Origin: Candidatus Hodarchaeota archaeon
GTDB lineage: Archaea > Asgardarchaeota > Lokiarchaeia > Sigyniarchaeales > SOKP01
Reading direction: 5' to 3'
Length of the DNA stretch: 64,000 nucleotides
Assembly (NCBI GenBank): GCA_048886685.1
Contig: JBHLKM010000007.1
Location: 96,001-160,000, forward strand
A program made the position numbers and the translations under genes. Below the pieces are notes generated by a model. It saw only the letters and a program-made list of their open reading frames with translations. It made no database searches and had not been told where the DNA came from. Of the stretch, positions 37,749 to 46,476 are shown piece by piece (the first letter of the stretch is position 1; each line of letters starts with the position of its first letter).

Positions 37749-40634
37749 ATGAAGGAAATAAACGAAAGAAAACTGACACCTATGTTAAAGCATTGGTACT
37801 CTATTCGTAAAAGATTTCCTTCAGATTACTTGATTTCCTACCGAATGGGTGATTTCTTCGAGTTTTTCTATGACGATGCTGAAAGAATTTCGAAGCTTCT
37901 AGGAATCACATTGACAAAGAGAGGAGATGTTCCATTGGCTGGAATCCCACACCATTCAGGTCATAATTATTTCAACAATCTTATGAATCTTAATCAAACT
38001 GTAGTAATAGTTGATCAGTTAGAAGATCCTGCAACAGTAAAAGGTCGGATAGTAAAAAGAGGAGTTACTCGAATCTTATCTCCAGGAACTATTATCGAAC
38101 CTAACATGTTAAATGCAAATAGAAATAATTATTTGGCATCGATGATTAAAGAGAGAACTGGTTTTGCAGTTGCGTTTGCTGACATATCAACTGGAGAATT
38201 TTCGACTGTTGAATTTTCTGCTAAAGAGGAGAATCCTCAGGAAAGATTACTTAGTATCTTTTCTCAATATGATCCAGCTGAATTAATTATTCCTCCAGAA
38301 CTCAAGCAAGATGAAAGGTTTTTCCTTATATTAACTGATTTAACAGATGCAATTATAAAAACGTATGAGGAATATGTTTTCAATTATGATGAGGCCTATA
38401 CTATTTTAACACGACATTTCAAGGTTTCTAATCTAGAAGGTTTTGGATTAGAAGGTCGAATATTAGCAATTCAGGCTGCTGGTGGGCTATTAGCTTTTTT
38501 AAAGGAAACGCAGAGAGATATTGTACCAAATATATTTAAGATTAATGTAATTCAAGAGAAAAATATTCTTCATTTAGATTATATTACCCAGAGAAATTTG
38601 GAACTAATTCATTCCTTATGGGAAAAAGGTAAAGATGTTACTTTATATAGCGTATTCAACCACACTCATACACCGATGGGAGCAAGATTGTTGAGAAAAT
38701 TCATTTTACGACCATTAACTAACATTCAGCAAATTAATAACAGATTAAATATAGTTCAGAAGTTTAAGGACGATATCTTCTTAAGATCTGATTTAAGGGA
38801 AGAATTAAAAATATTAGGTGATCTTGAAAGATTTATCAATAAACTAAATTATTCTGGTCGAACAAATGCACGCGATTTAGTCAATATTAAGCACTCATTA
38901 GAAAAAATTCCAAAAATTAAGGAGATTTTAGTCAAAGCGGATATACCTGAAATTTCGCATTTTATTGAGAACATTAGACCCTTTGATAAGATTAAGGGTC
39001 TCATTGAAAATGCAATTAAAGAAAATCCACCAACCAAAATTAGAGAAGGTGATATTATCAAGGATGGCTTTAATGAGAAAGTTGATGATCTGAGAGACAT
39101 TGTTAATAATGGAAAAAAATATATCTTAAGATATGAAGAAGGGCAGAAAAAAAGGTGGAATTTAACTTCAGGTTTAAAAGTGGGGTATAACAATATTCTA
39201 GGGTATTATATTGAAATAACCTTAAGAACTTTACAAATAATATCCAAAGTACCCGAGGATTATGTAGAAAGAGCAACTTTAAAGAATGCTAAAAGATTTA
39301 CCACAGAGGAGTTGAAAGCATTAGAAGAAAAAATTGTGAATGCTGAAGAACAAGTCGGTAATTTAGAATTTGAGATTTTTAATGAAATACGTGATAAGGT
39401 AGAAAAAGAAACAGAAAATATTCTTGAAACTGCTAGAAATATAGCAATTATAGATGTTCTAGCTTGTTTTGCTGAAATTGCCGAGAAATATGATTACTGC
39501 AGACCAATTGTTAATGACGATTCAAAAATAATTATTAAGGAGGGAAGACATCCTGTAGTCGAACAATTGAATATCACTGAGCACTTCATTCCTAACGATT
39601 GCTACTTAGATAATGAAACTGATCAATTATTAATTATAACCGGTCCGAATATGGCAGGTAAAAGTACTTATCTCAGACAAGTAGCCTTAATTTGTATAAT
39701 AGCACAAATGGGGTGCTTTGTTCCAGCAAAATCTGCCACGATTGGAATAATCGATCAAATTTTTACACGTATAGGAGCTTCAGATGATCTGGCAAGAAAA
39801 TTAAGTACGTTTATGATAGAGATGACTGAAACAGCTAAAATTTTAAATTACGCCACCCCAAAAAGTCTAATAATTATAGATGAACTGGGCAGAGGAACTA
39901 GTACAAGTGATGGGCAAAGTATCGCAATGGCTACTCTTGAAAAACTTAATCAACTAAATATTAAGACGCTTTTTAGTACTCATTATCACCAGTTAACAGA
40001 AATAAATTTACCAAGAGTAAAAAATTACCATTTGGATATAATTGAGAATGATGATGGTAGTATTAACTTTGTAAGAAAATTAAGACCTGGTAGCACTGAT
40101 AAATCCTATGGGATTCATATCGCAAAATTAGCAGGTATTCCTGATGATGTTATTATAAGAGCATTTGAGCTTCTTGAACAAATAGAAGAAAAGGATCCTT
40201 TCAGAACGACAGTTAGAGATAATGGTAATAGCATTTCATCAGGTAAAATTTATAATAAATTTATAAATGGTAAAAAACATAAACTTGAAAAATTAAACTT
40301 CGAATTAAATTTAGTTAAAGAGAAATTGGTAAATTCAAATGAGGAATTAACTAGAAAAGAAAATGAGTTAGATAGAAAGAAAAAAGAGATGAAGGAATTA
40401 GATACAAAAATAAAAACAAGTAAAGCAAAAGCTGTTCAAAGTAAAGTTTCAGGTAAGAAAAAATATGTACAAACAATCCTATTTGAACCTTCTAAAAAGA
40501 AAGAAAGTAAAATGAATGAGTACATATTCAATTTAGTCAATAATCTTAAAGAATTAGAAATAGATAAACTATCGCCCGATAATTTGAAAGAAAAAATAAC
40601 TGAACTCAAAAAGAAATTAGAGAAACATATTTAA
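37749..40634 (+). CDS. mutS: DNA mismatch repair protein MutS (MutS1)
   Basis: TPM, MGDFFEFF mismatch motif, ITGPNMAGKSTYLRQ, STFMIEM, DELGRGT, STHYH, SYGIHIAKLAG. Confidence 0.97.
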   Translation: MKEINERKLTPMLKHWYSIRKRFPSDYLISYRMGDFFEFFYDDAERISKLLGITLTKRGDVPLAGIPHHSGHNYFNNLMNLNQTVVIVDQLEDPATVKGRIVKRGVTRILSPGTIIEPNMLNANRNNYLASMIKERTGFAVAFADISTGEFSTVEFSAKEENPQERLLSIFSQYDPAELIIPPELKQDERFFLILTDLTDAIIKTYEEYVFNYDEAYTILTRHFKVSNLEGFGLEGRILAIQAAGGLLAFLKETQRDIVPNIFKINVIQEKNILHLDYITQRNLELIHSLWEKGKDVTLYSVFNHTHTPMGARLLRKFILRPLTNIQQINNRLNIVQKFKDDIFLRSDLREELKILGDLERFINKLNYSGRTNARDLVNIKHSLEKIPKIKEILVKADIPEISHFIENIRPFDKIKGLIENAIKENPPTKIREGDIIKDGFNEKVDDLRDIVNNGKKYILRYEEGQKKRWNLTSGLKVGYNNILGYYIEITLRTLQIISKVPEDYVERATLKNAKRFTTEELKALEEKIVNAEEQVGNLEFEIFNEIRDKVEKETENILETARNIAIIDVLACFAEIAEKYDYCRPIVNDDSKIIIKEGRHPVVEQLNITEHFIPNDCYLDNETDQLLIITGPNMAGKSTYLRQVALICIIAQMGCFVPAKSATIGIIDQIFTRIGASDDLARKLSTFMIEMTETAKILNYATPKSLIIIDELGRGTSTSDGQSIAMATLEKLNQLNIKTLFSTHYHQLTEINLPRVKNYHLDIIENDDGSINFVRKLRPGSTDKSYGIHIAKLAGIPDDVIIRAFELLEQIEEKDPFRTTVRDNGNSISSGKIYNKFINGKKHKLEKLNFELNLVKEKLVNSNEELTRKENELDRKKKEMKELDTKIKTSKAKAVQSKVSGKKKYVQTILFEPSKKKESKMNEYIFNLVNNLKELEIDKLSPDNLKEKITELKKKLEKHI

Positions 40635-41542
40635 CCTAAAACTACGGGAATGATAAACACAATCGTAGTTAGATATATATAATATATTGATATTATTGAA
40701 ACTAGTATTATTCGATAAAGATTCTTCCTTTCTTCGGTTTCAATGTTTTCTAAGAAGGTTATTAACAATAAAGCTATGAACATTAAATGAGAAGGTTGTA
40801 AAGCTTTCCAGATAACTGAATCAATTATTAAAAATCCATGAACTTCAGCATCACTATGACCCCAATTTTTTACCATTTGGAAGAAATACTCAGGGAAAAT
40901 CATGTATGGGATGCATATAATTGCAAAAGGGATTAGATAATAGATAAGATCTTTAAATTTAATTTTTCTAATTATTAATAATACAGGCACAAATAGAATC
41001 GCAGTTATTTTAAAAGTAGCAAGAGTAAAGAGAATACCCGCAATCCATTTTTGATCTTTTTCTAAATATATAAATGAATAAAATAAAAGAAATACAATTA
41101 AGAAATTTACATTGTTATAATAGGCATCGATACTATACCCGATAGTACCGAATACATAAAAAATGAGCAAATCTTTTTTATTTTTAAATACTTTAGGCGA
41201 TTCTTTTATTACTATAATCATTAAAATCAATCTTAAGGCATCCCAAACGTACACACCTATTAGTCCTTCGGTAGGAATTATCCATATATAGAAAAAAAGA
41301 TAATACCAAAAATATAGGTAATAAGGAGGCCAATCGGATATAGTTATTGGATCATAAAAATCTATAAGACCGTTTTCCATACCCTCTAACAAGATTTTAA
41401 AATCAATATCTTTTGTCTCTTTTATCCAAGGGGAAATTTCAAAGAAATATAAAATGATTCTCAGTATAATAAAAAAAATTGTGATTCCTGTAAAAATATA
41501 AATGAAATACTTGTGAAGGGGATATTCTTTCTCTGTACTCAT
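40631..41542 (-). CDS. Polytopic membrane protein, GT87/DUF2029 (GT-C) glycosyltransferase-like
   Basis: Multiple TM helices; luminal DF after TM1, YYNNVN, AGILFTLATFK pattern of the GT87 family. Confidence 0.6.
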   Translation of the reverse strand: MSTEKEYPLHKYFIYIFTGITIFFIILRIILYFFEISPWIKETKDIDFKILLEGMENGLIDFYDPITISDWPPYYLYFWYYLFFYIWIIPTEGLIGVYVWDALRLILMIIVIKESPKVFKNKKDLLIFYVFGTIGYSIDAYYNNVNFLIVFLLFYSFIYLEKDQKWIAGILFTLATFKITAILFVPVLLIIRKIKFKDLIYYLIPFAIICIPYMIFPEYFFQMVKNWGHSDAEVHGFLIIDSVIWKALQPSHLMFIALLLITFLENIETEERKNLYRIILVSIISIYYIYLTTIVFIIPVVLG

Positions 41543-41744
41543 ATCTATTTATTAATTTCTTGTTTTTATTGCTATGTAAATTACTTTTATATATTAAAGG
41601 AAATTTAAAAGACTTACTTATAGGCTTTTGAGTTAGATTTATTTAAACCTTAATAGAGTATTATTTTAAATTTGATTGTAATGTGAAATATATTAGGGTT
41701 AAAGAATTATAAATTCCTTGAAGATAAATTGTAAAAATTATAAT

Positions 41745-43595
41745 ATGACTGTGAAAGTAGCTAAAATAAGAAAGATATTAGATGCTGAAAAAATAGCAGC
41801 AGGGGAAGTGGTTGAAAGACCTGCCAATATAGTGAAAGAACTTATTGAAAATAGTATTGATGCTGGAGCTAAAGAAATAAGGGTGATTGTCAGAAAAGCA
41901 GGTAAAACTTTAATTCAAGTAATTGATGATGGGATAGGTATTTCACCTGAAGATATTGAAGTTGCATTTGAAAGGCATACCAGTAGTAAAATTAGGAGTA
42001 TTGAAGATCTTGATACGCTTTCTACTTTAGGCTTTAGAGGTGAGGCACTTGCGAGCATTGCTGCCGTGAGTCAAGTTGAGATTATTTCAAGAACCAGCCA
42101 GAATGAAAGAGGTGTACAATTAAATATAGAAGGGGGAAAATTCAAAGAAAAAAAGGAAGTATCATGTCAAGTTGGAACAAATATCAGGGTCAAAAATATT
42201 TTTTATAATATCCCTGCACGGCAGAAATTCTTAAAGAAAGATTCTACAGAACTTAGCCATATTACAGATATTATGCAGAGATACTCGTTGGCATTCCCTA
42301 AACTCCATTTTATTTATCGTCATAATGATTTGGATATTTTAAACTGTCCTGCAAATAATGATTTAAACACAACAGTATTCCATATCTATGGGAGAAATAT
42401 CGTTAGATTTATGGAATCTGTAGAATTTAGTGAAAAAGATCCTTTTATTAAAATATCAGGATTATTAGGACATCCACAAATTGCTAAAAAAAGTAGAAAT
42501 TATTCAAGTTTATTCCTCAATAATCGTTATGTTATTAGTGATGTCTTATTTAGAGCAATAAAGGAAGCTTATGAAGGAACCTTGATGATAAATAGATATC
42601 CTTTTTTTGTATTATTCCTGGAACTTGATCCAACAGTTGTAGACTTTAATGTTCATCCAAAGAAACTCCATGTTAGATTTGAAAAAGAAGAAGCGCTATA
42701 TAATAAGGTGTACAATATAATACGAGGTTTTATCGAAGAAAGATTCATAAATAAAGAAGCAAAGTATATTTCAACTGAGTTGGAGGATTTTGGCCCAAAG
42801 AGTAAAAAAGAATTAGGTGTTTTTGAAGAACCTATAGAAGAAATAAAGGAAATAATAGTAGATAAAAAAGGAGTAATTGAAGATAGTGTTCAATTGGATT
42901 TAATGGATCAAGTAGTTGAAAAAAAATTGGGGAAAAAATATTTGCCTGATTCTTATATTAGAGGGAAATACATAATTTCAAAGGATTTTCCAAAGATTCG
43001 TCTAATTTCTTATACAGGCCAATTACAAAATAAAAAATATGTTGTTTTAGAAGGAATTAACGAGAATAATGAAGAGGGAATCTTTATTTTAGACCAACAT
43101 GCTGCGTCAGAAAGGATAAAGAAAGAAGAACTTTTGAATGCTTATGATAGTGCTAAATTAAGTAAGCAGAAATTAATCCAACCACTAAAAATTGATGTGT
43201 CACCTAGTGATAAGATATTTATGGAAGATAATTTAAACGAAATTAAGAAACTTGGATTTAATTTTGAATATTTCGGAGGTAATACTTTTATTTTAAGAGA
43301 AATTCCTACGATAATGAATAAAATTCCTGATATTAGTGTTATTAAAGGAATTGTTAGTGATATTACTGAAATTGGAAAGGATAAAAGCTTTAAAGAAGTA
43401 AAAGAAGAAATTATCAACTATCTAGCTTGTCATAAATCTGTAAGAGGTGGGGATGACTTATCCTTAAAGGATATACGCAGTCTGCTTATCGATTTAGCAG
43501 CATGTAAAGATTCTTATCATTGTGCTCATGGAAGACCCACATTAAGATTTCTTTCATATAATGAATTAGATAAATTATTTAAAAGAACAGGTTAA
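41745..43595 (+). CDS. mutL: DNA mismatch repair endonuclease MutL
   Basis: IAAGEVVERP, KELIENSIDA, GFRGEALASI, DFNVHP.K, DQHAASERIKKE, ACH, CAHGRP; ATG at 41745 preferred over TTG at 41718. Confidence 0.97.
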   Translation: MTVKVAKIRKILDAEKIAAGEVVERPANIVKELIENSIDAGAKEIRVIVRKAGKTLIQVIDDGIGISPEDIEVAFERHTSSKIRSIEDLDTLSTLGFRGEALASIAAVSQVEIISRTSQNERGVQLNIEGGKFKEKKEVSCQVGTNIRVKNIFYNIPARQKFLKKDSTELSHITDIMQRYSLAFPKLHFIYRHNDLDILNCPANNDLNTTVFHIYGRNIVRFMESVEFSEKDPFIKISGLLGHPQIAKKSRNYSSLFLNNRYVISDVLFRAIKEAYEGTLMINRYPFFVLFLELDPTVVDFNVHPKKLHVRFEKEEALYNKVYNIIRGFIEERFINKEAKYISTELEDFGPKSKKELGVFEEPIEEIKEIIVDKKGVIEDSVQLDLMDQVVEKKLGKKYLPDSYIRGKYIISKDFPKIRLISYTGQLQNKKYVVLEGINENNEEGIFILDQHAASERIKKEELLNAYDSAKLSKQKLIQPLKIDVSPSDKIFMEDNLNEIKKLGFNFEYFGGNTFILREIPTIMNKIPDISVIKGIVSDITEIGKDKSFKEVKEEIINYLACHKSVRGGDDLSLKDIRSLLIDLAACKDSYHCAHGRPTLRFLSYNELDKLFKRTG

Positions 43596-43614
43596 AAAAA
43601 CAGAAATTTTTTAT

Positions 43615-43881
43615 TTATGCTTTTGAGAAAGCAATAGCTTCTATACCTTGAATACCATCAACTTGACCAAAAAATTCTTCAAGCTTATCTGTACCACCCC
43701 ATTCTTCAGGATATCGCACCCTTACTCTCGCTTTTTGCAAACCAAAAGCAACGGGAAGCACATCATAATGCTCGAGAGTACAAGTCTCAGGTAATATTTC
43801 CTTTAATTTACCTACAAAAGCTTCAAAATTCACATCTGTATCTTCTGGAATAACATCAATTAAAGCTATAAATTCTCCCAT
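43615..43881 (-). CDS. ef1b: Translation elongation factor aEF-1beta
   Basis: PVAFGL, GGTD.LEE; start moved to ATG 43881 because the upstream part of the track ORF overlaps a separate gene. Confidence 0.88.
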   Translation of the reverse strand: MGEFIALIDVIPEDTDVNFEAFVGKLKEILPETCTLEHYDVLPVAFGLQKARVRVRYPEEWGGTDKLEEFFGQVDGIQGIEAIAFSKA

Positions 43882-43907
43882 TATAATCATATCCTCTATT
43901 AAATTTT

Positions 43908-44084
43908 CTAAGGTCCCTCGAAATCGCATTTTAAACAACGAAATGAGTTTCCCGATTCCCTACAGCGTTCACATCTCCAGATTGTGACATCTCCACATTG
44001 AGGGCAAGGAAAATGTACAGCAGATTCGTAAGGAGTTATCGGCCTGCCACAGCCAAAGCAATTATTTCTTTTGTAAGCCGACAT
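43908..44084 (-). CDS. HVO_2753/DUF1610-like zinc-ribbon protein (58 aa, not in ORF track)
   Basis: Manual translation MSAYKRNNCFGCGRPITPYESAVHFPCPQCGDVTIWRCERCRESGNSFRCLKCDFEGP*; four CxxC motifs, ends FEGP, conserved position upstream of aEF-1beta. Confidence 0.92.
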   Translation of the reverse strand: MSAYKRNNCFGCGRPITPYESAVHFPCPQCGDVTIWRCERCRESGNSFRCLKCDFEGP

Positions 44085-44314
44085 TGCTATATTATTAAAA
44101 TTGAAATTTAGATAATAAAATATATAATAACTTTAATTGTTTTCTAATTTCAATATCTCTTTAGATTTAAACGAGAAATCTTAATATGATCAACATTTTA
44201 AAATTAACTTAATTATTAACAAAGAAAATATAAATCAAAATTTATATTAATCAACACCCTAGTTTGCATATAAATTAAATGATTTAATTTCCACTTACCT
44301 TAGAGTAGATTATA

Positions 44315-44845
44315 ATGCCAGAAAATAAAGTAAAAAAATATTTCCAACTTATTGAAGCATGGGCATGGTGTGATATCTGTGAAGATATGATTTCATTGAA
44401 TATAGATAAAAACGAGATTATTAGTGGTCTTGAAATGGGTATTTATACAAAAGAATATAAGCATGCCAATCCTAATCCTGATCTAGAAGACACAGATGAT
44501 GTTTCTGGACAAGAACATACGATTTATGTCTATATCAATGATAATTATGACATTACAGGAGTTAAATCCTTTTTTGGTGAATCTCCTACTACTGAAGAAA
44601 TTGGAGCAGAAACAGCAGAAGCGGGTGGTGAAGTGAGAATTCCCGTAGTTGTAAAGGAAATTCCTCCTATGGCTGTACAGTTAGGAATGCTTACAAAGGA
44701 CCAATTTAAAGTCCTTAAAATTTGTGATGGTATGAATACAATTGAGGAAGTAGCTTCAATTGCTCAAATAAGCGAAAATGAAATTGAAAAAATGATGGAC
44801 CAGCTCCGAAAAAAAGGATTAGTAAGAGTCATTAAAAGAACTTAA
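44315..44845 (+). CDS. CxxC/His-domain protein with C-terminal winged helix
   Basis: WCDIC...YKH...EHTIYVYIN; C-terminal DGMNTIEEVASIAQISENEIEKMMDQLRKKGLV. Confidence 0.75.
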   Translation: MPENKVKKYFQLIEAWAWCDICEDMISLNIDKNEIISGLEMGIYTKEYKHANPNPDLEDTDDVSGQEHTIYVYINDNYDITGVKSFFGESPTTEEIGAETAEAGGEVRIPVVVKEIPPMAVQLGMLTKDQFKVLKICDGMNTIEEVASIAQISENEIEKMMDQLRKKGLVRVIKRT

Positions 44846-44904
44846 AATCTTTATAAATAGTTAAAGTTTAGCTGAGATAATCAAATTTCAAAAGGTATTT
44901 CTAT

Positions 44905-45459
44905 CTACTTGTTAAAGTTCCGAGTATTGTAAACCAGTTCAATTTGTCTATTTAATATTGAAGTTAGAAAATAAAAAGCTTCATTTACATTAAGACCTGT
45001 TTTTGAAGATGTTGTGAAATATTTTAGAAATTTATGTTTTTCCATTAGATTTAAGATTTCTTCTTCTCTAACAAGAATTTTATCTTCCAAATCGGCTTTT
45101 GTTCCTATTAAAACCATTGGTATAGTTTTGTTTTGTTGTTCTATAAGATCAACCCAATCATCAATCCTTTCTAAAAATCGAGGATTTTTTGTTAAATCAA
45201 ACAATACTAATGCGCCCTTAGCACCCATAACAAAACTATCTAAGAGAAATCTAAAGCGCTCTTGTCCAGAAAAATCCCAGATTTGAAGTGAAGTAGAAGC
45301 ACCAGTCGCAAAAGTAAGGACTTTATTGAAAATCTCAACACCAATCGTCATCTTAGTATCAAACTTAAATCGATTTTCTATATATCTATGCAAGAGAGTA
45401 GTCTTTCCAACTCCACCATCCCCCGCAACGATAATTTTAAATGTAGATTTAGCTGGCAT
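44905..45459 (-). CDS. Rab-like small GTPase
   Basis: GDGGVGKT, TIGVE, WDFSGQERF, GTKAD, SSKTG; no C-terminal Cys motif. Confidence 0.95.
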   Translation of the reverse strand: MPAKSTFKIIVAGDGGVGKTTLLHRYIENRFKFDTKMTIGVEIFNKVLTFATGASTSLQIWDFSGQERFRFLLDSFVMGAKGALVLFDLTKNPRFLERIDDWVDLIEQQNKTIPMVLIGTKADLEDKILVREEEILNLMEKHKFLKYFTTSSKTGLNVNEAFYFLTSILNRQIELVYNTRNFNK

Positions 45460-46476
45460 TTAGTTGGACCTCTGCTTATTAACTTTTTTTCGTATTATTT
45501 TTAATTCTTTTTCACTTTCAAAAAGTAAATCCAAATGTGCAAAAGCCATTTCATTTGAGATTTTTCCTTTTTTTAAATTACTTGCTATCTCATTTAGTAA
45601 ATAAACGGGCGGAAAATATTGAAGATGAAGATCATATAATATCGAAATATATTTTTCACCATTAATCTGAAAATTGAAAATGATATCATTAACACACGAG
45701 CCACTTAGCGTTTCTAAATCTAGTAATGTTCTTACTTTTTTCAAAGATACTGGTCCGTTGCTTAGAAGAGACATTATTTCTTTATATTCCTTAGAAATTA
45801 GTATCTGCAAACCTTGTTTTATTGCCAAAGTTAAGTCACCTTGACCAGAAAAAATTGTCTCTTTAAAATCTTGTAAAGTCTCATTTGCTTTACTTAAATA
45901 AGATTCTTTAATTGGGGAATATTTTGGATTGTTTGAGATTTTTTCAATAGTCTGCTTATGTGGGATTTTGAAAATTATGAAATCTCTTACTAAAAAATAA
46001 CATTCAAAAAAAGTTTCATTTAACCACCGAGATTTGACTAAATTTGTTTTAATGAGTGGTAAAATCACTAATTGAAAATTATGTTCTTCAAATTCAGGAT
46101 ATTCAGAAATAAGCCTTTCAACTAATTCATTCGAATTAATTGGTCCCTCAGATAAAATTTTTAAAACTTCAGTACGAATTGGTTCGTTATAAATGGATGC
46201 TAATGCCTCATATTCTGACATATGGATAAGAGATGTGAATTCTTTCGCTTTCTTTTTAGCTGTTAATAAATCTTGATAAACAATTTCATCTCTCACAGAA
46301 AGATTTGCATCTAAAAACAGCATGATCGCATGTTCCGGTTTACCATGTATGAATATATATTCAAATGGAAAATATTTCTTATCATCTACAATATTAACTG
46401 GGATTTCTAAATCAATTACTTTTTTACAGAATGAACAATGCACTCTAACTTTTTTCATTTTTACCACATTCTTCAC
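45460..46476 (-). CDS. CxxC/His-domain protein with winged-helix-like repeats
   Basis: HCSFC...IHGKPEHAIMLFLD.N..VR; IRTEVLKILSEGPINSNEL and IMSLLSNGPVSLKK wHTH-like starts; start may be ATG 46458. Confidence 0.7.
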   Translation of the reverse strand: MKNVVKMKKVRVHCSFCKKVIDLEIPVNIVDDKKYFPFEYIFIHGKPEHAIMLFLDANLSVRDEIVYQDLLTAKKKAKEFTSLIHMSEYEALASIYNEPIRTEVLKILSEGPINSNELVERLISEYPEFEEHNFQLVILPLIKTNLVKSRWLNETFFECYFLVRDFIIFKIPHKQTIEKISNNPKYSPIKESYLSKANETLQDFKETIFSGQGDLTLAIKQGLQILISKEYKEIMSLLSNGPVSLKKVRTLLDLETLSGSCVNDIIFNFQINGEKYISILYDLHLQYFPPVYLLNEIASNLKKGKISNEMAFAHLDLLFESEKELKIIRKKVNKQRSN

